64,000 nt of DNA, from the NCBI GenBank assembly GCA_947625885.1, contig CANQQA010000008.1:12492-76491 (forward strand), read 5' to 3'. Position numbers and translations under genes: made by a program. Position 1 is the stretch's first letter. Each line of letters starts with the position of its first letter. This document shows positions 48,019 to 58,567 of this stretch, one piece after another. The stretch is from an uncultured Bacteroidales bacterium. Lineage in GTDB: Bacteria > Bacteroidota > Bacteroidia > Bacteroidales > UBA11471. The notes beneath the pieces are model-generated. The model was given only the letters and a program-made list of their open reading frames with translations. It had not been told where the DNA came from and did not search any database.

Positions 48019-48924
48019 TCAATGCACAATTTGTCGGAAACCTGCCGGCAAAGGTGTTTCGAAAAACATATCGCGCCGTGTAACGGGGTGGACGAAGCGC
48101 AGGCGGACGGCGTGCAGCGCCAGCCGCCCGAGCGGATTGCCGGCGGCACCGTACTTGCGGTCGCCGGCAATGGGGTGCCCGATGTCATGCAGGTGCACGC
48201 GAATCTGATTTTTGCGTCCGGTAGCCAATTGCAACTCGACGAGGGAGTAGCGTCCGTTGGTCGCCAAGACTTCGTAAGCGGTGCGGGCGAATTTGCCGTT
48301 CTCGCGGTCGTCGGTGGAATAGACCTGAAAGGCGGCGTTTTCTTTGAGGTAAGAGGTGATTTCGCCTTTCGGCGGGTCGGGCTCGCCCTCGACCACAGCG
48401 ACGTAGCGGCGGTCGATGACCATGTCGTTCCACGCACGCTGCATCGCCTCCTGCACGGCTTGGCTCTTGGCAAACATCATCAGTCCCGACGTGTCGCGGT
48501 CGAGCCGGTGGAGAATGAATATGCGGGCGGCGGGGTCGGACTGCCGCACGTAGTCTGCCAGTATGCGGTATGCGGTCTTTTCGCGGACGCGGTCGGTCGC
48601 CATGGAGAGCAAGCCGTAGCCTTTATCGACGACCAACAGGTATTCGTCTTCATAGACAATGCGCAGGCGGGGGTGGCGAAACTCGGGAAACCCGCGCGTG
48701 AAATCGACCGACACTTCGTCACCCGCGTGCAGGGGCGTGTCGAAGCGCGTGGCGACCGCATTGTTCACCGTGACCTGCCGGTGGGCAAGGTACGACTTGA
48801 CGGTCGTCTTGCTCCTGTCGCCGAAGGTGGCGAAAAGGAAGTCGAGCAGGCGGGCGTCTTCGGCGACCCGATAGAAAGCCGTCTTGTCGGGACGGCGGGT
48901 GCGGCGTGCATCTTTCTTGTCCAT
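48019..48924 (-). CDS. RluA-family 23S rRNA pseudouridine synthase (S4 domain plus catalytic domain)
   Basis: S4-like N-terminus ...TVKSYLAHRQVTVNN; catalytic HRLDRDTSGLMMFAKS. Confidence 0.85.
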   Translation of the reverse strand: MDKKDARRTRRPDKTAFYRVAEDARLLDFLFATFGDRSKTTVKSYLAHRQVTVNNAVATRFDTPLHAGDEVSVDFTRGFPEFRHPRLRIVYEDEYLLVVDKGYGLLSMATDRVREKTAYRILADYVRQSDPAARIFILHRLDRDTSGLMMFAKSQAVQEAMQRAWNDMVIDRRYVAVVEGEPDPPKGEITSYLKENAAFQVYSTDDRENGKFARTAYEVLATNGRYSLVELQLATGRKNQIRVHLHDIGHPIAGDRKYGAAGNPLGRLALHAVRLRFVHPVTRRDMFFETPLPAGFRQIVH

Positions 48925-49085
48925 GAACGGAATTTTATCGGCGCAAAGGTAGTCAATTTATCGCGAAACAAAAACAGATGCAGCGAAAAAGCCGCTCCCC
49001 TGCCCCGCCGAACAGCGCGACAAAAGAGATCACGGAAAGGCAAAGGGTGTCGGAAAAATCGCTACCTTTGCAAAAATTATTTTTT

Positions 49086-49907
49086 ATGGTCGTTTTTCCG
49101 AATGCCAAAATCAATCTGGGCTTGCAGGTGATTGCCCGCCGCGCGGACGGCTATCACGACATCGCCACCGCTTTCTACCCCGTCGGGTGGTGCGATGCCC
49201 TCGAAATGGTGCCCGCCGACGGCGAGGGGTGCCGGCTGCATCTGTCGGGCATCGCCATCGACGGCGACCCGCAAAACAACCTCGTGGCAAAAGCCTACCG
49301 ACTGCTGGCGGCGGACTTCGCGCTGCCGCCGGTGGAGGCGTACCTGCACAAAAACGTTCCTTTCGGGGCGGGTCTCGGCGGCGGCTCGTCGGACGCAGCC
49401 CATGCCCTGCGCCTCTTGCGCGACCTCTGCGCCCTGCCGCTCACCGACGAGGCGCTGGCGCACTATGCCGCCCGATTAGGCGCGGACTGCGCTTTCTTCA
49501 TATACGACCGCCCCATGTTGGCGGAGGGAATCGGCGACCGACTGTCGCCTCTCGCGCTGTCGCTGAAAGGGTATCACCTGTTGTTGGTGAAGCCACCTGT
49601 GGCAGTTTCCACTGCCGAAGCCTACTCCGCCGTAACGCCCACCGTGCCGCCCGTCGCCCTGCGCGACCTGCTGCAACGCCCCGTAACGGAGTGGAAAGGT
49701 CTGGTGGAAAACGATTTCGAGAAAAGCGTCTTTGCCCTCCACCCGCAGCTGGCGGAGTTGAAAAAACGGCTTTACGAGGCGGGCGCGGCTTATGCAGCGA
49801 TGTCGGGCTCCGGCTCGACGGTTTACGGGCTGTTCGAGCAGCTGCCCGAAGATGCGGAAAAGATTTTTGCCGGCTGCCGGATTTGGAGCGGAGCGTGCGC
49901 CTATTAA
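49086..49907 (+). CDS. ispE: 4-diphosphocytidyl-2-C-methyl-D-erythritol kinase
   Basis: Start trimmed to MVVFPNAKINLGLQV; GHMP kinase motif PFGAGLGGGSSDAA. Confidence 0.9.
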   Translation: MVVFPNAKINLGLQVIARRADGYHDIATAFYPVGWCDALEMVPADGEGCRLHLSGIAIDGDPQNNLVAKAYRLLAADFALPPVEAYLHKNVPFGAGLGGGSSDAAHALRLLRDLCALPLTDEALAHYAARLGADCAFFIYDRPMLAEGIGDRLSPLALSLKGYHLLLVKPPVAVSTAEAYSAVTPTVPPVALRDLLQRPVTEWKGLVENDFEKSVFALHPQLAELKKRLYEAGAAYAAMSGSGSTVYGLFEQLPEDAEKIFAGCRIWSGACAY

Positions 49908-50019
49908 GGCGGGCTGTCAAAAAGACTTATTTGCCATTTTGGCAATATTTTTGCATAAATAGAGTTGCCGGCGCGATGCCGGCGACTGCCCGTAAAACGG
50001 TAAAAGAAATTGCAATTTA

Positions 50020-50613
50020 TTGATTATGAAAAACAAACATACGAAAGAGCAACCGGAGGAAGAGTTGGAAACCCCGAAGGAAGCGACGCCGGAAACACCG
50101 GAAGCGAATGCAGAGGTGTCAGCAGAAGAAAATGCCGACACCCCCAAAACTGACACATTGGCAGAGGAAAACGAACGCCTCAAAGCCGAAGCAGAACAAT
50201 TGAAAAAAGATTATCTGCTGGCGCGCGCCGACCTCGAAAATTTCAGAAAACGTACCCTCAAAGAGAAAGCCGACCTCATACGCAACGGCGGCGAAGGGTG
50301 CCTGAAAGATATTCTGCCCGTCATCGACGACTTCGAGCGCGGCATGCAAGCCATCGCCTCCAACGCCGACGTGGAAGCCGTGAAGAAAGGCATCGAGCTG
50401 ATTTACAACAAATTCAAAAGCTATCTCGAACAGCACGGCGTGAAAGAAATTCCAACCGAAAACGCCGACTTCGATACCGAATACCACGAGGCGGTAACCA
50501 CCTTCCCCGCTCCCACTCCGGAACAGAAAGGGAAAGTGATAGATTGCGTGCAGAAAGGCTACACGATGAACGACAAAGTGATACGCTTCGCCAAAGTGGT
50601 CGTGGGCGAATAA
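50020..50613 (+). CDS. grpE: Nucleotide exchange factor GrpE
   Basis: Acidic N-terminus, coiled coil, ...ADLENFRKRT..., ...GYTMNDKVIRFAKVVV. Confidence 0.92.
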   Translation: MIMKNKHTKEQPEEELETPKEATPETPEANAEVSAEENADTPKTDTLAEENERLKAEAEQLKKDYLLARADLENFRKRTLKEKADLIRNGGEGCLKDILPVIDDFERGMQAIASNADVEAVKKGIELIYNKFKSYLEQHGVKEIPTENADFDTEYHEAVTTFPAPTPEQKGKVIDCVQKGYTMNDKVIRFAKVVVGE

Positions 50614-50631
50614 TCGTAAAAACAAATTGCC

Positions 50632-51786
50632 ATGAGCGAGAAACGAGATTATTATGAAGTGCTGGAAGTCGCCAAAACAGCGACGGCAGATGAGATAAAA
50701 AAAGCCTACCGCAAAAAAGCCATTCAATATCACCCCGACAAAAATCCGGGCGACAAGACGGCGGAAGAAAAATTCAAAGAGGCGGCAGAGGCTTATTCGG
50801 TGTTGAGCGACCCCGACAAACGGGCGCGCTACGACCGCTTCGGACACGCCGGTATGGAAGGCGGCGCAGGCGGATTCGGCGGTGCGGGCGGCATGTCGAT
50901 GGAAGATATATTCTCACACTTCGGCGATATATTCGGCGGGTTCGGAGGTTTTGGCGGATTCAGCGGATTCGGCGGCGGCAGCCGTCGCGGCAAACGGGTG
51001 AATCGCGGTACCGACCTACGTGTGCGCGTGAAACTTACTTTACAGGAAATAGCCACCGGCGTCGAGAAAAAAATCAAGGTGAAAAAATATGTCGCCTGCC
51101 CCGACTGCAAAGGTACGGGCGCAGAAAACGGCACGGCATCGGAAACCTGCCCGCAATGCAACGGCAGCGGTGTCGTAACGCAGGTGCGGCAGACCATACT
51201 CGGCACCATGCAATCGACTTCGCCCTGCCCCAAATGCGGCGGCGAAGGGCGCATCATCACCCACAAATGCCCCAAATGCAACGGCGAGGGCATCTTGAAA
51301 GAAGACGAAGTGATTTCGCTGAACATTCCGGCGGGCGTGTCGGAGGGCATGCAGCTCTCGATGAACGGCGCGGGAAATGCGGCACGGCACGGCGGCGTGA
51401 ACGGCGACCTGCTGATTCTCGTACAGGAAGAACCGCACCCCGATTTGCTGCGCGACGAAAATGACTTGATATACAACGCACTGATAGATTTCCCGACAGC
51501 AGCGTTGGGCGGTACGCTCGAAGTGCCCACCATCGAAGGAAAAGCCAAAGTAAAGATAGAAGCCGGCACGCAACCCGGCAAAGTGCTGCGGCTGCGGGGC
51601 AAAGGGTTGCCCTCCGTCAATAGCTACGGCACGGGCGACCTGCTGGTAAACCTTTCTGTTTATGTACCGGAGAATCTGAGTGCCGACGAGCGGAAAAAAA
51701 TCGAGGAGCTGCGCACTGCCAACTTCACGCCGAGCCGTTCGGTAAAAGACCGTATTTTCAGCAAGCTGCGCCACATGTTCGAATAA
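50632..51786 (+). CDS. dnaJ: Molecular chaperone DnaJ
   Basis: J domain (DYYEVLEV...YHPDKNPGD), G/F region, four CxxCxGxG zinc repeats. Confidence 0.95.
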   Translation: MSEKRDYYEVLEVAKTATADEIKKAYRKKAIQYHPDKNPGDKTAEEKFKEAAEAYSVLSDPDKRARYDRFGHAGMEGGAGGFGGAGGMSMEDIFSHFGDIFGGFGGFGGFSGFGGGSRRGKRVNRGTDLRVRVKLTLQEIATGVEKKIKVKKYVACPDCKGTGAENGTASETCPQCNGSGVVTQVRQTILGTMQSTSPCPKCGGEGRIITHKCPKCNGEGILKEDEVISLNIPAGVSEGMQLSMNGAGNAARHGGVNGDLLILVQEEPHPDLLRDENDLIYNALIDFPTAALGGTLEVPTIEGKAKVKIEAGTQPGKVLRLRGKGLPSVNSYGTGDLLVNLSVYVPENLSADERKKIEELRTANFTPSRSVKDRIFSKLRHMFE

Positions 51787-51805
51787 TCCTCAACGACAAT
51801 AAACA

Positions 51806-51837
51806 ATAGAGGCGGAAATGAAGATTTCCGCCTCTAT
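51806..51837. terminator. Bidirectional terminator between dnaJ and mgtE
   Basis: ATAGAGGCGGAAAT-GAAG-ATTTCCGCCTCTAT, perfect 14-bp arms. Confidence 0.75.
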
Positions 51838-51857
51838 TTATATATATAAGGTATTAG

Positions 51858-53207
51858 CTACAACAGCAGGGCGCAGATGCCCATGTAGATGAGCATACCG
51901 ATGATGTCGTTGGTAATGGTGATGAAAGGACCGGTGGCAATAGCCGGGTCGAAATTCATCTTTTCGAGGGCAATGGGTACGCACGTGCCGAATATCGAAG
52001 CAAAAATGACTACGGCAAAAAGCGAAAGCGATACCGATATGGTCAGCGCAGCACTGCCCAAGTGCAGGAGGTAGCAGGCGGCGAACACCAATACCGAAAT
52101 CATGCAGGCGTTGATGATGGAGACGCCCAACTCTTTGAAAATCTGCCGACCGGCGTGTTCGAGCGAGAGCGATTTGTTGGCAAGACCCTGCACGATGATA
52201 GCCGACGACTGTATGCCCACATTACCGCCCGTACCGCCGACCAGCGGGATAAAGAGCGCCATGGCGGGATTGAGGGCGAAACCGTTCTCGAAATTTCCCA
52301 GTATCACGGAGTTGGCTATACCGCCTATCATGCCGATGAGCAGCCACGGCAGGCGGGCGTAGGTCTGGGCGAAAATGTTATCGGTCGTCTCCACGTCCTG
52401 CGAGATACCCGAAGCCATCTGGTAGTCGCGCTCCGCCTGTTCGCGCACCTCGTCCATGACATCGTCGACGGTGATGCGACCGACCAGCCGCCCGATGCTA
52501 TCGACGACGGGTATCGCCACCAAGTCGTATTTTTCGATGGTCTGCGCCACTGTTTCTATCGTATCGTCGGTGCGCACGGACACGGGGTCTTTCTTCATGA
52601 CGTGCTTTATTTTCGAAACCGACGGGTGGGTAATCATCTTTTTCAACGGAAAGACGCCGCGCAGCTTGCCGTCGTCATCGACGACATAGACGTAATAGAT
52701 TTCGTCCATTTCTTCGGCTTGCCGGCGCATCTCTTTCACGCACTCGGGCATACTCCAATTTTCGTTCACAATCACCATTTCGGTGCCCATGATACCGCCG
52801 GCGGTGTCTTCGTCGTACTTCAACAAATCGACAATATCGCCCGCCTGTTCGGCGTCGTCGATGTGCGAAAGCACTTCTTCCTGCGCCTCCTCATCGAGGT
52901 TTCGTATGAGATCGACGGCATCGTCGGTGTCGAGGTGGTCGATAAATTCGCGGGCAATCGTTTCGGTAGGAATTTCTTTGAGCAGCTTTTTACGCTCGTC
53001 TTCATCGAATTCCATCAGTACGTCGGCGGCTTTCTCCTTGTCGAGCAGCTGGTTGAGAAACTCGGCATCGTCGAGTTCCAGCTCCCGATAGAGTTCGGCA
53101 ATGTCGGCAGGGTGCAGCTTTTGAAGCTCGGCTTTCGCCTGCTCAACATTTTTTTCGGCAACGATGGCGCGAATCATCTCCAAATATTCCGGTGTGAATT
53201 TTTCCAT
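51858..53207 (-). CDS. mgtE: Magnesium transporter MgtE
   Basis: MgtE N-domain, tandem CBS domains, C-terminal TM domain with ...GGTGGNVGIQS... Confidence 0.92.
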   Translation of the reverse strand: MEKFTPEYLEMIRAIVAEKNVEQAKAELQKLHPADIAELYRELELDDAEFLNQLLDKEKAADVLMEFDEDERKKLLKEIPTETIAREFIDHLDTDDAVDLIRNLDEEAQEEVLSHIDDAEQAGDIVDLLKYDEDTAGGIMGTEMVIVNENWSMPECVKEMRRQAEEMDEIYYVYVVDDDGKLRGVFPLKKMITHPSVSKIKHVMKKDPVSVRTDDTIETVAQTIEKYDLVAIPVVDSIGRLVGRITVDDVMDEVREQAERDYQMASGISQDVETTDNIFAQTYARLPWLLIGMIGGIANSVILGNFENGFALNPAMALFIPLVGGTGGNVGIQSSAIIVQGLANKSLSLEHAGRQIFKELGVSIINACMISVLVFAACYLLHLGSAALTISVSLSLFAVVIFASIFGTCVPIALEKMNFDPAIATGPFITITNDIIGMLIYMGICALLL

Positions 53208-53213
53208 TCTGCG

Positions 53214-54008
53214 CTATTGTTTGACGGGTAGTACATAGGGTTGCATTTGTCCGGTGAGCGTTACGAACTGGGCAACGGTAAGTTGTTCCGGACGTTTATC
53301 GAAAACAGGCTCGTTCAGCAGCGGGCAATCTTTTTCCACCAACGACCGCAGCGAATTGCGCAACGTTTTGCGCCGCTGGTTGAATCCAGTTTTCACGATT
53401 TGGCGGAACAGCCGCTCGTCACAGCCGAGCGAAACCGAGCGGTTGCGCGTCATGCGAATGACCGCCGACTTCACTTTGGGCGGCGGCTCGAACACGTGTT
53501 CGGGTACGGTGAAAAGGTATTCTATATCGTACCATGCCTGCATGAGCACGCTCAATATGCCGTAGGCTTTGCAGCACGGCTTTGCCGCCATGCGCTCCGC
53601 CACCTCTTTCTGTATCATGCCGCTGCAACAGGGTATGCGGTCTTTGTAGTCGAGCACCTTGAAAAATATCTGGCTCGATATGTTGTAGGGATAATTGCCG
53701 ATGATGCAGAAGCGGTCGGGGAACAGTTCGTCGAGACGCAGCCGCAAAAAGTCGTCCTCGACGATGCGACCGTCGAGGTCGGGAAAATGCGTCCGCAGGT
53801 AGGCGACCGATTCGCGGTCGAGCTCCACGACGGAGAGGTCGTGATGCGCCGCGAGCAGAAATTGCGTAAGTACGCCCGTGCCCGGACCCACTTCGAGAAG
53901 GGGCATACCCTTGTAAGCGTCCATCGTATCGGCAATGCGACGGGCGATGTCGAGGTCTTTCAAGAAGTGCTGCCCCAACGATTTTTTAGGTTTTACAGGC
54001 GACCGCAT
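53214..54008 (-). CDS. rsmA: 16S rRNA (adenine1518/1519-N6)-dimethyltransferase
   Basis: KKSLGQHFL...LEVGPGTGVLT...GNYPYNISS. Confidence 0.92.
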   Translation of the reverse strand: MRSPVKPKKSLGQHFLKDLDIARRIADTMDAYKGMPLLEVGPGTGVLTQFLLAAHHDLSVVELDRESVAYLRTHFPDLDGRIVEDDFLRLRLDELFPDRFCIIGNYPYNISSQIFFKVLDYKDRIPCCSGMIQKEVAERMAAKPCCKAYGILSVLMQAWYDIEYLFTVPEHVFEPPPKVKSAVIRMTRNRSVSLGCDERLFRQIVKTGFNQRRKTLRNSLRSLVEKDCPLLNEPVFDKRPEQLTVAQFVTLTGQMQPYVLPVKQ

Positions 54009-54237
54009 ATTTTTTGCAATCCGAAAATTAACGGCATTAACTAATTATACGCCAAGATAGTCCGCAATGAAATCGTAAACTTCACCGTGAAAAATCAGGG
54101 CATAGAAATCGTAATTACAAAGATATACAAATTCTTTTGAAAGCAAACGGCTGCCGCAAAGAAATATTTTATCAAGAGCAAGGGTAAAACATGGCAGAGA
54201 CAATCGACATGAATATTTTTCGGTGAAAAAAGTCCGC

Positions 54238-54273
54238 ATTTATTGTACAAAACAAAAATATCGCTTATCTTTG
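54238..54273 (+). promoter_or_regulatory. Bacteroides-type promoter for tRNA-Asp
   Basis: -7 box TATCTTTG (54266-54273) matches TAnnTTTG; a TTG-containing -33-like stretch lies near 54239-54245. Confidence 0.4.
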
Positions 54274-54315
54274 CAACCGCAATTCGGAAGAGAAATCGCG
54301 AGTTGCAGACCCGAA

Positions 54316-54389
54316 GGTGCGGTAGTTCAGCTGGTTAGAATACATGCCTGTCACGCATGGGGTCGCGGGTTCGAGTCCCGTCCGCACCG
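54316..54389 (+). tRNA. tRNA-Asp (anticodon GTC)
   Basis: Hand-folded cloverleaf: acceptor GGTGCGG/CCGCACC, anticodon stem CATGC/GCATG with loop CTGTCAC, T arm GCGGG-TTCGAGT-CCCGT, discriminator G; CCA not encoded. Confidence 0.9.
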
Positions 54390-54398
54390 CAGACGACC

Positions 54399-54441
54399 AA
54401 CAAAAAGCTATACAAATCAATGATTTGTATAGCTTTTTGTT
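54399..54441 (+). terminator. Terminator after tRNA-Asp
   Basis: AACAAAAAGCTATACAAATCA / TGATTTGTATAGCTTTTTGTT long perfect inverted repeat followed by T residues. Confidence 0.7.
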
Positions 54442-54555
54442 TTCACGGACGGCGCAAGCTATGCCGTCATTCAATTCTTTTCCGCGTTCAATTCGATTAC
54501 TTTCACCTTGGCTTGTTTATATTGGGGCATACTCTCGCCGATATTGGCGTTGATA

Positions 54556-55152
54556 TCAGCGGCGACCGAGCATCGAGAAAAATTCTTCGCGGCGGGCGAT
54601 GTCTTCGAACACACCGGTATAGGAGCAGGTGGTCGTTACGGTGCCCTGCTTTTCGACGCCGCGCATCTGCATGCAGAGGTGACGCGACTCCATCATGACA
54701 ATGGCGCCCTGCGGGGCGAGCGTCTTTTGCAGGGCTTCGCAAATTTCGAGGGTGAGGCGCTCCTGCAACTGCAAGCGGCGGGCAAAGGCATCGACCAGAC
54801 GCGCCAACTTGCTAAGCCCCGTTACGTAGCCGGTGGGTATGTACCCGATGTGTACTTTGCCGAAAAACGGCAGTATATGGTGTTCGCAGAAAGAATAAAA
54901 TTCGATATCGCGTGCGACGACGATTTGTCCGTGCGAGCCGTACTCCTCTTTGAAAAGCGCCGAGCGGAGTATCTCTTCGGGCGACTGCCGGTATCCGGCT
55001 GTGAGCGCCAGCATGGCGCGTGCCGCCCGACAAGGGGTTTTCAGCAAGCCTTCCCGCGAAGGGTCTTCGCCCAACAATTCGAGTATGGCTTTGTAATGTT
55101 CTGCCAACAACGCCACGCGCTGCTCGTCGGAAAGCGATTTTATATCTGGCAT
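54556..55152 (-). CDS. folE: GTP cyclohydrolase I
   Basis: ...FYSFCEHHILPFFGKVHIGYIP...; 198 aa. Confidence 0.92.
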   Translation of the reverse strand: MPDIKSLSDEQRVALLAEHYKAILELLGEDPSREGLLKTPCRAARAMLALTAGYRQSPEEILRSALFKEEYGSHGQIVVARDIEFYSFCEHHILPFFGKVHIGYIPTGYVTGLSKLARLVDAFARRLQLQERLTLEICEALQKTLAPQGAIVMMESRHLCMQMRGVEKQGTVTTTCSYTGVFEDIARREEFFSMLGRR

Positions 55153-55155
55153 AAT

Positions 55156-55659
55156 CTATTGTGCGGAAAGGGGTAGGACGATTTCATCTTTGACGATTCG
55201 CATCTCGGAGGCGTATCGCGGGAATTGTTTTTTTATCGTCTGCATCTGTATGAAGGCTTCTTCGTACGTGCGGTAGTCGCCTATACGCAGCCGCCAAAAC
55301 GGCGACAGATAGGTAACGTATACGGGTATGAGCGTATCGGACTCGGCGATGTATTGCGAACGAACGTCGGCTTCTTCCCGCGCGTTGCGCCGGTTGTCGG
55401 AGAAAACCTGTATCCGATACCCCTGCGTAAAAAGATTTTCTTCTTCGTTCACTTTCAACGAGCCGCTGTTGCGCGAAAGACGGACGTCGAGCACGGGATT
55501 CTGTACGACAGCGACCTGCGCTCCGCCGGACGGTCGAGTCAATGACTGCACGATAGAGGTATCGGCGGCGGCAGCTTCGGTGCCGGTCGCCACTCCTTGC
55601 GCGCCTGCCGACAGGGCAAGGGCAAAGGAGATGAAAAGAAAAAGAATTTTTTTATTCAT
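55156..55659 (-). CDS. SPOR domain-containing protein
   Basis: Start trimmed to MNKKILFLFISFALALSAGAQG. C-terminus GYRIQVFSDN...WRLRIGDYRTYEEA is typical of SPOR. Confidence 0.7.
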   Translation of the reverse strand: MNKKILFLFISFALALSAGAQGVATGTEAAAADTSIVQSLTRPSGGAQVAVVQNPVLDVRLSRNSGSLKVNEEENLFTQGYRIQVFSDNRRNAREEADVRSQYIAESDTLIPVYVTYLSPFWRLRIGDYRTYEEAFIQMQTIKKQFPRYASEMRIVKDEIVLPLSAQ

Positions 55660-55734
55660 ACGTTCGGAATCTTTACGTCCCAAAGAGATGTTCAGTCTGC
55701 TCTTGCAAGAGCAGACTGAACGGAAATTTTTCAA

Positions 55735-56499
55735 TTACGAAAAGGCTTCGATGATGCCCATGAACGATTCGACTTCGAGGGCAGCGCCTCCGATGAGTCC
55801 GCCATCGACATCGGGATTGGCGAAAAGTTCTTTGGCGTTGGAGGGCTTGCAGCTGCCGCCATAGAGAATGGAGCAATCGTCGGCTACCGTCTTGCCGTAT
55901 TTGGCAGCGAGCGTGGCGCGTATGAAAGCGTGCATCTCCTGAGCCTGTGCGGCAGTTGCCGTCTTGCCGGTGCCGATAGCCCATACGGGTTCGTATGCCA
56001 GCACGATTTTACCGAACTCTTCGGCGGAAAGGTTGAAAAGCGAATTTTCAATCTGCGATTTTACGACCTCGAAGTGTTTGCCGGCTTCGCGTTCTTCGAG
56101 CACTTCGCCGATGCAGAAAATCGGGGTCAGGTTGTTAGCGAGCGCCAAGAGCACTTTTTCTTTCAGTATCTCGGGCGTTTCGTGATAGTAAGCGCGACGC
56201 TCGGAGTGTCCCAGTATGACATACTTCGCTCCGGTGGAAGCAACCATGCTTGCCGACACTTCGCCGGTGTATGCGCCCGAAACCTTGTCGGCGCAGTTTT
56301 CAGCGGCGATGCCTATTTTTTTCGTGTCGATGGTCTGCGCCAACGATGCCAAGTGGATAAACGGCGTACCGATAATGACTTCGCAATTTACCTTTTTTCC
56401 TGCCAAAGCAGCTTCAATACCTTTTGCCAAATTCAAACCTTCTTGCAGGGTTTTGTTCATTTTCCAGTTTCCTGCGACAATGTTCTTTCTCATATTCAT
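55735..56499 (-). CDS. tpiA: Triose-phosphate isomerase
   Basis: IVAGNWKMN..., ILGHSERR..., [14 protein letters not shown]. Confidence 0.95.
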   Translation of the reverse strand: MNMRKNIVAGNWKMNKTLQEGLNLAKGIEAALAGKKVNCEVIIGTPFIHLASLAQTIDTKKIGIAAENCADKVSGAYTGEVSASMVASTGAKYVILGHSERRAYYHETPEILKEKVLLALANNLTPIFCIGEVLEEREAGKHFEVVKSQIENSLFNLSAEEFGKIVLAYEPVWAIGTGKTATAAQAQEMHAFIRATLAAKYGKTVADDCSILYGGSCKPSNAKELFANPDVDGGLIGGAALEVESFMGIIEAFS

Positions 56500-56503
56500 T
56501 AGA

Positions 56504-57850
56504 TTAGTTGATAGTATCTTTTTTCGGATTCTTTTTCATTTTTTCAGACAAGGCTTCCCGCAGTTTCTGCAAGCGGGCTACCCGACGGGCACGGGCGCGT
56601 ATGACATACGCCTCGACGATTTTCGACATGAGCAGCAACAGCAGCAAGGGTACGAGAAATATGATTATCACCGCCATAAGCGGTCTGAAAATTCCGTATT
56701 CCATCGGTGCGCCGGAAGCATATCTTTCCAGAAAATCGGTCAAGCGAGATTCTTCGGGCAGATTTGCCGCCCGCATTTTCTGCACGATAACGCCGTCGTG
56801 CAGCAGCACGATGCCCGGGTCGCCGCGCACGACGGTGCGTATCGTCGAAGCCTCCATCGTGTAGAAAGGATAATCGGCGCCCGTATCGTCCTGCCATTCG
56901 GCAATTTCTTCGGCAGACGAGGCTGTCAGACAATAGAGGTTGTACCCGTGCCACAACACGTATTCGTAGAGTTCGTCGATTTTGTCGATAGCATCGTTTT
57001 CGGTATCGCGAAGCGAAGGTATCATCAAGAGAAACGTATAGCCCTTGTCGGCAAGAATATTTTCGGTAATATCTTCATCATCGTCGTATATGACGAAATT
57101 CCGTATATCGTCCACCCTGCCTGCCGGCGTTTCCGTCCTGTCGATGAAATGCCACGCCGTATCGGTAGGCAGCGTGTCTATCGTAAATTCCTGTCGCACG
57201 CCGTTTTTTTCATAGATGAAACGCGGGGCGTCGTAAGAGTCGGCGGCAAGAGCCTCCCGCAAGTTCACGCCCCTTTTGTACGGACGAAAATCGAACAAGG
57301 GGTGATAATAGTAAGCATAGAGCGACAGCCCTACCGAAAAGAGCAGGAAGAAATAGACCGTAAGCGATTGCAGCTCTTTATGATATACCCCTTTCACCTG
57401 TTCGTTGTAAGCCAACAGGAAGAGGACGAGCAGCAGCAAAACGACGTTTTTCCCGAACGACTGCCACGGGGTAAGATGCACGGCTTCGCCGAAACAGCCG
57501 CAATCGGCTATCGGCTCCGCCACGACCAGATAGAGCGTGAGCAACGTCATAAACGACATCGTGAACAGCAGCAGCCACGAAGTAAGCCGGCGGTAAGTGC
57601 CGAAGAGCGTACCCGCCCCCAACATAAATTCGTATGCCCCGAAAGCCACCGCCAAAAAGAAAGAGAACGACCGGAAATAGTCCAGTCCGAAAGTGAGCAG
57701 GTATTCCTCGATTTTCAGCGACATACCGACGGGATCGACCGCCTTCACGAATCCGGAAAAAAGGAATGTGCCGCCGACAACGAGCCGCGCTGCCACGACA
57801 AGTACCGGCAAAACATATTGTCCGAGCGTTTTTTTCTGCTTAATCGCCAT
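56504..57850 (-). CDS. DoxX/MauE-type membrane protein with an extra C-terminal domain
   Basis: N-terminal TM helices ([19 protein letters not shown]...); 448 aa; conserved Bacteroidetes neighbour of tpiA as I recall. Confidence 0.5.
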   Translation of the reverse strand: MAIKQKKTLGQYVLPVLVVAARLVVGGTFLFSGFVKAVDPVGMSLKIEEYLLTFGLDYFRSFSFFLAVAFGAYEFMLGAGTLFGTYRRLTSWLLLFTMSFMTLLTLYLVVAEPIADCGCFGEAVHLTPWQSFGKNVVLLLLVLFLLAYNEQVKGVYHKELQSLTVYFFLLFSVGLSLYAYYYHPLFDFRPYKRGVNLREALAADSYDAPRFIYEKNGVRQEFTIDTLPTDTAWHFIDRTETPAGRVDDIRNFVIYDDDEDITENILADKGYTFLLMIPSLRDTENDAIDKIDELYEYVLWHGYNLYCLTASSAEEIAEWQDDTGADYPFYTMEASTIRTVVRGDPGIVLLHDGVIVQKMRAANLPEESRLTDFLERYASGAPMEYGIFRPLMAVIIIFLVPLLLLLLMSKIVEAYVIRARARRVARLQKLREALSEKMKKNPKKDTIN

Positions 57851-58382
57851 ATTCGAGTTTTATCAGACCGAACAAGGAATAATTGACCATATCCATGTAG
57901 TTGGCATCGACACCTTCCGATACGAGGGTTTTGCCTTCGTGGTTTTCTATCTGTTTGGTGCGATATATCTTCATCAGTATCAGGTCGGTATATGAAGTGG
58001 TGCGCATGCCGCGCCAAGCCTCGTCGTAGTCATGGTTTTTGGCGTACATGAGATTCTTGGTAACGGTCATGTGCTTGTCGTACAGTTCCAACGCTTTTTC
58101 GTTGGTGATATCGACCGTATCGGTATATCCCAACTCCAACTGTATCAATGCAATGATTCCGTAATTGACGATGCCGATGATTTCGGAGCGAATGCCTTCG
58201 TCTATCAGCGCCTCCCCTTTTTCTTCGATACTGCGAATACGTTTCGCCTTGATGAATATCTGGTCGGTGAGCGATGCCGGACGCATGATGCGCCACGATG
58301 CCCCGTAATCTTGCAATTTCCGTGCATACAAGTCGCGGCAAATCGCAATGACATGCTCGAACTGTTTCTCTGTATCGGACAT
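57840..58382 (-). CDS. DUF1599 domain protein (tandem repeat)
   Basis: Start trimmed to MSDTEKQFEHVI. Two related halves (...KLQDYGASWRIMRP...IKAKRIRSIE and ...KNHDYDEAWRGMRT...MKIYRTKQIE). Confidence 0.5.
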   Translation of the reverse strand: MSDTEKQFEHVIAICRDLYARKLQDYGASWRIMRPASLTDQIFIKAKRIRSIEEKGEALIDEGIRSEIIGIVNYGIIALIQLELGYTDTVDITNEKALELYDKHMTVTKNLMYAKNHDYDEAWRGMRTTSYTDLILMKIYRTKQIENHEGKTLVSEGVDANYMDMVNYSLFGLIKLEYGD

Positions 58383-58567
58383 AGGTAAAATTTTTAGCCG
58401 CAAAGGTAGCAAAAAAATCGGAAATAGACCGGTCGTTTCCGCCGCATTTTCTTCTTACTTTACCAAGTATTCCTGAAAAAATTTTTCCCATTGCTTTTTT
58501 CTTTGACAAATTGCCGTCGTTTTTAATAATTTTTCTACATTTGTTCCCCTTATTCATGGAAAATAAA

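Noticed and set aside
46825-49131. 768-aa plus-strand ORF spanning pheT and the pseudouridine synthase in antisense
   Set aside because: It crosses an intergenic region and two real convergent/tandem genes and has no motifs; it is a shadow ORF.
56216-57886. 556-aa plus-strand ORF antisense to tpiA and the DoxX-type gene
   Set aside because: It overlaps two well-supported minus-strand genes and has an Arg/Phe/His/Gln-rich composition.
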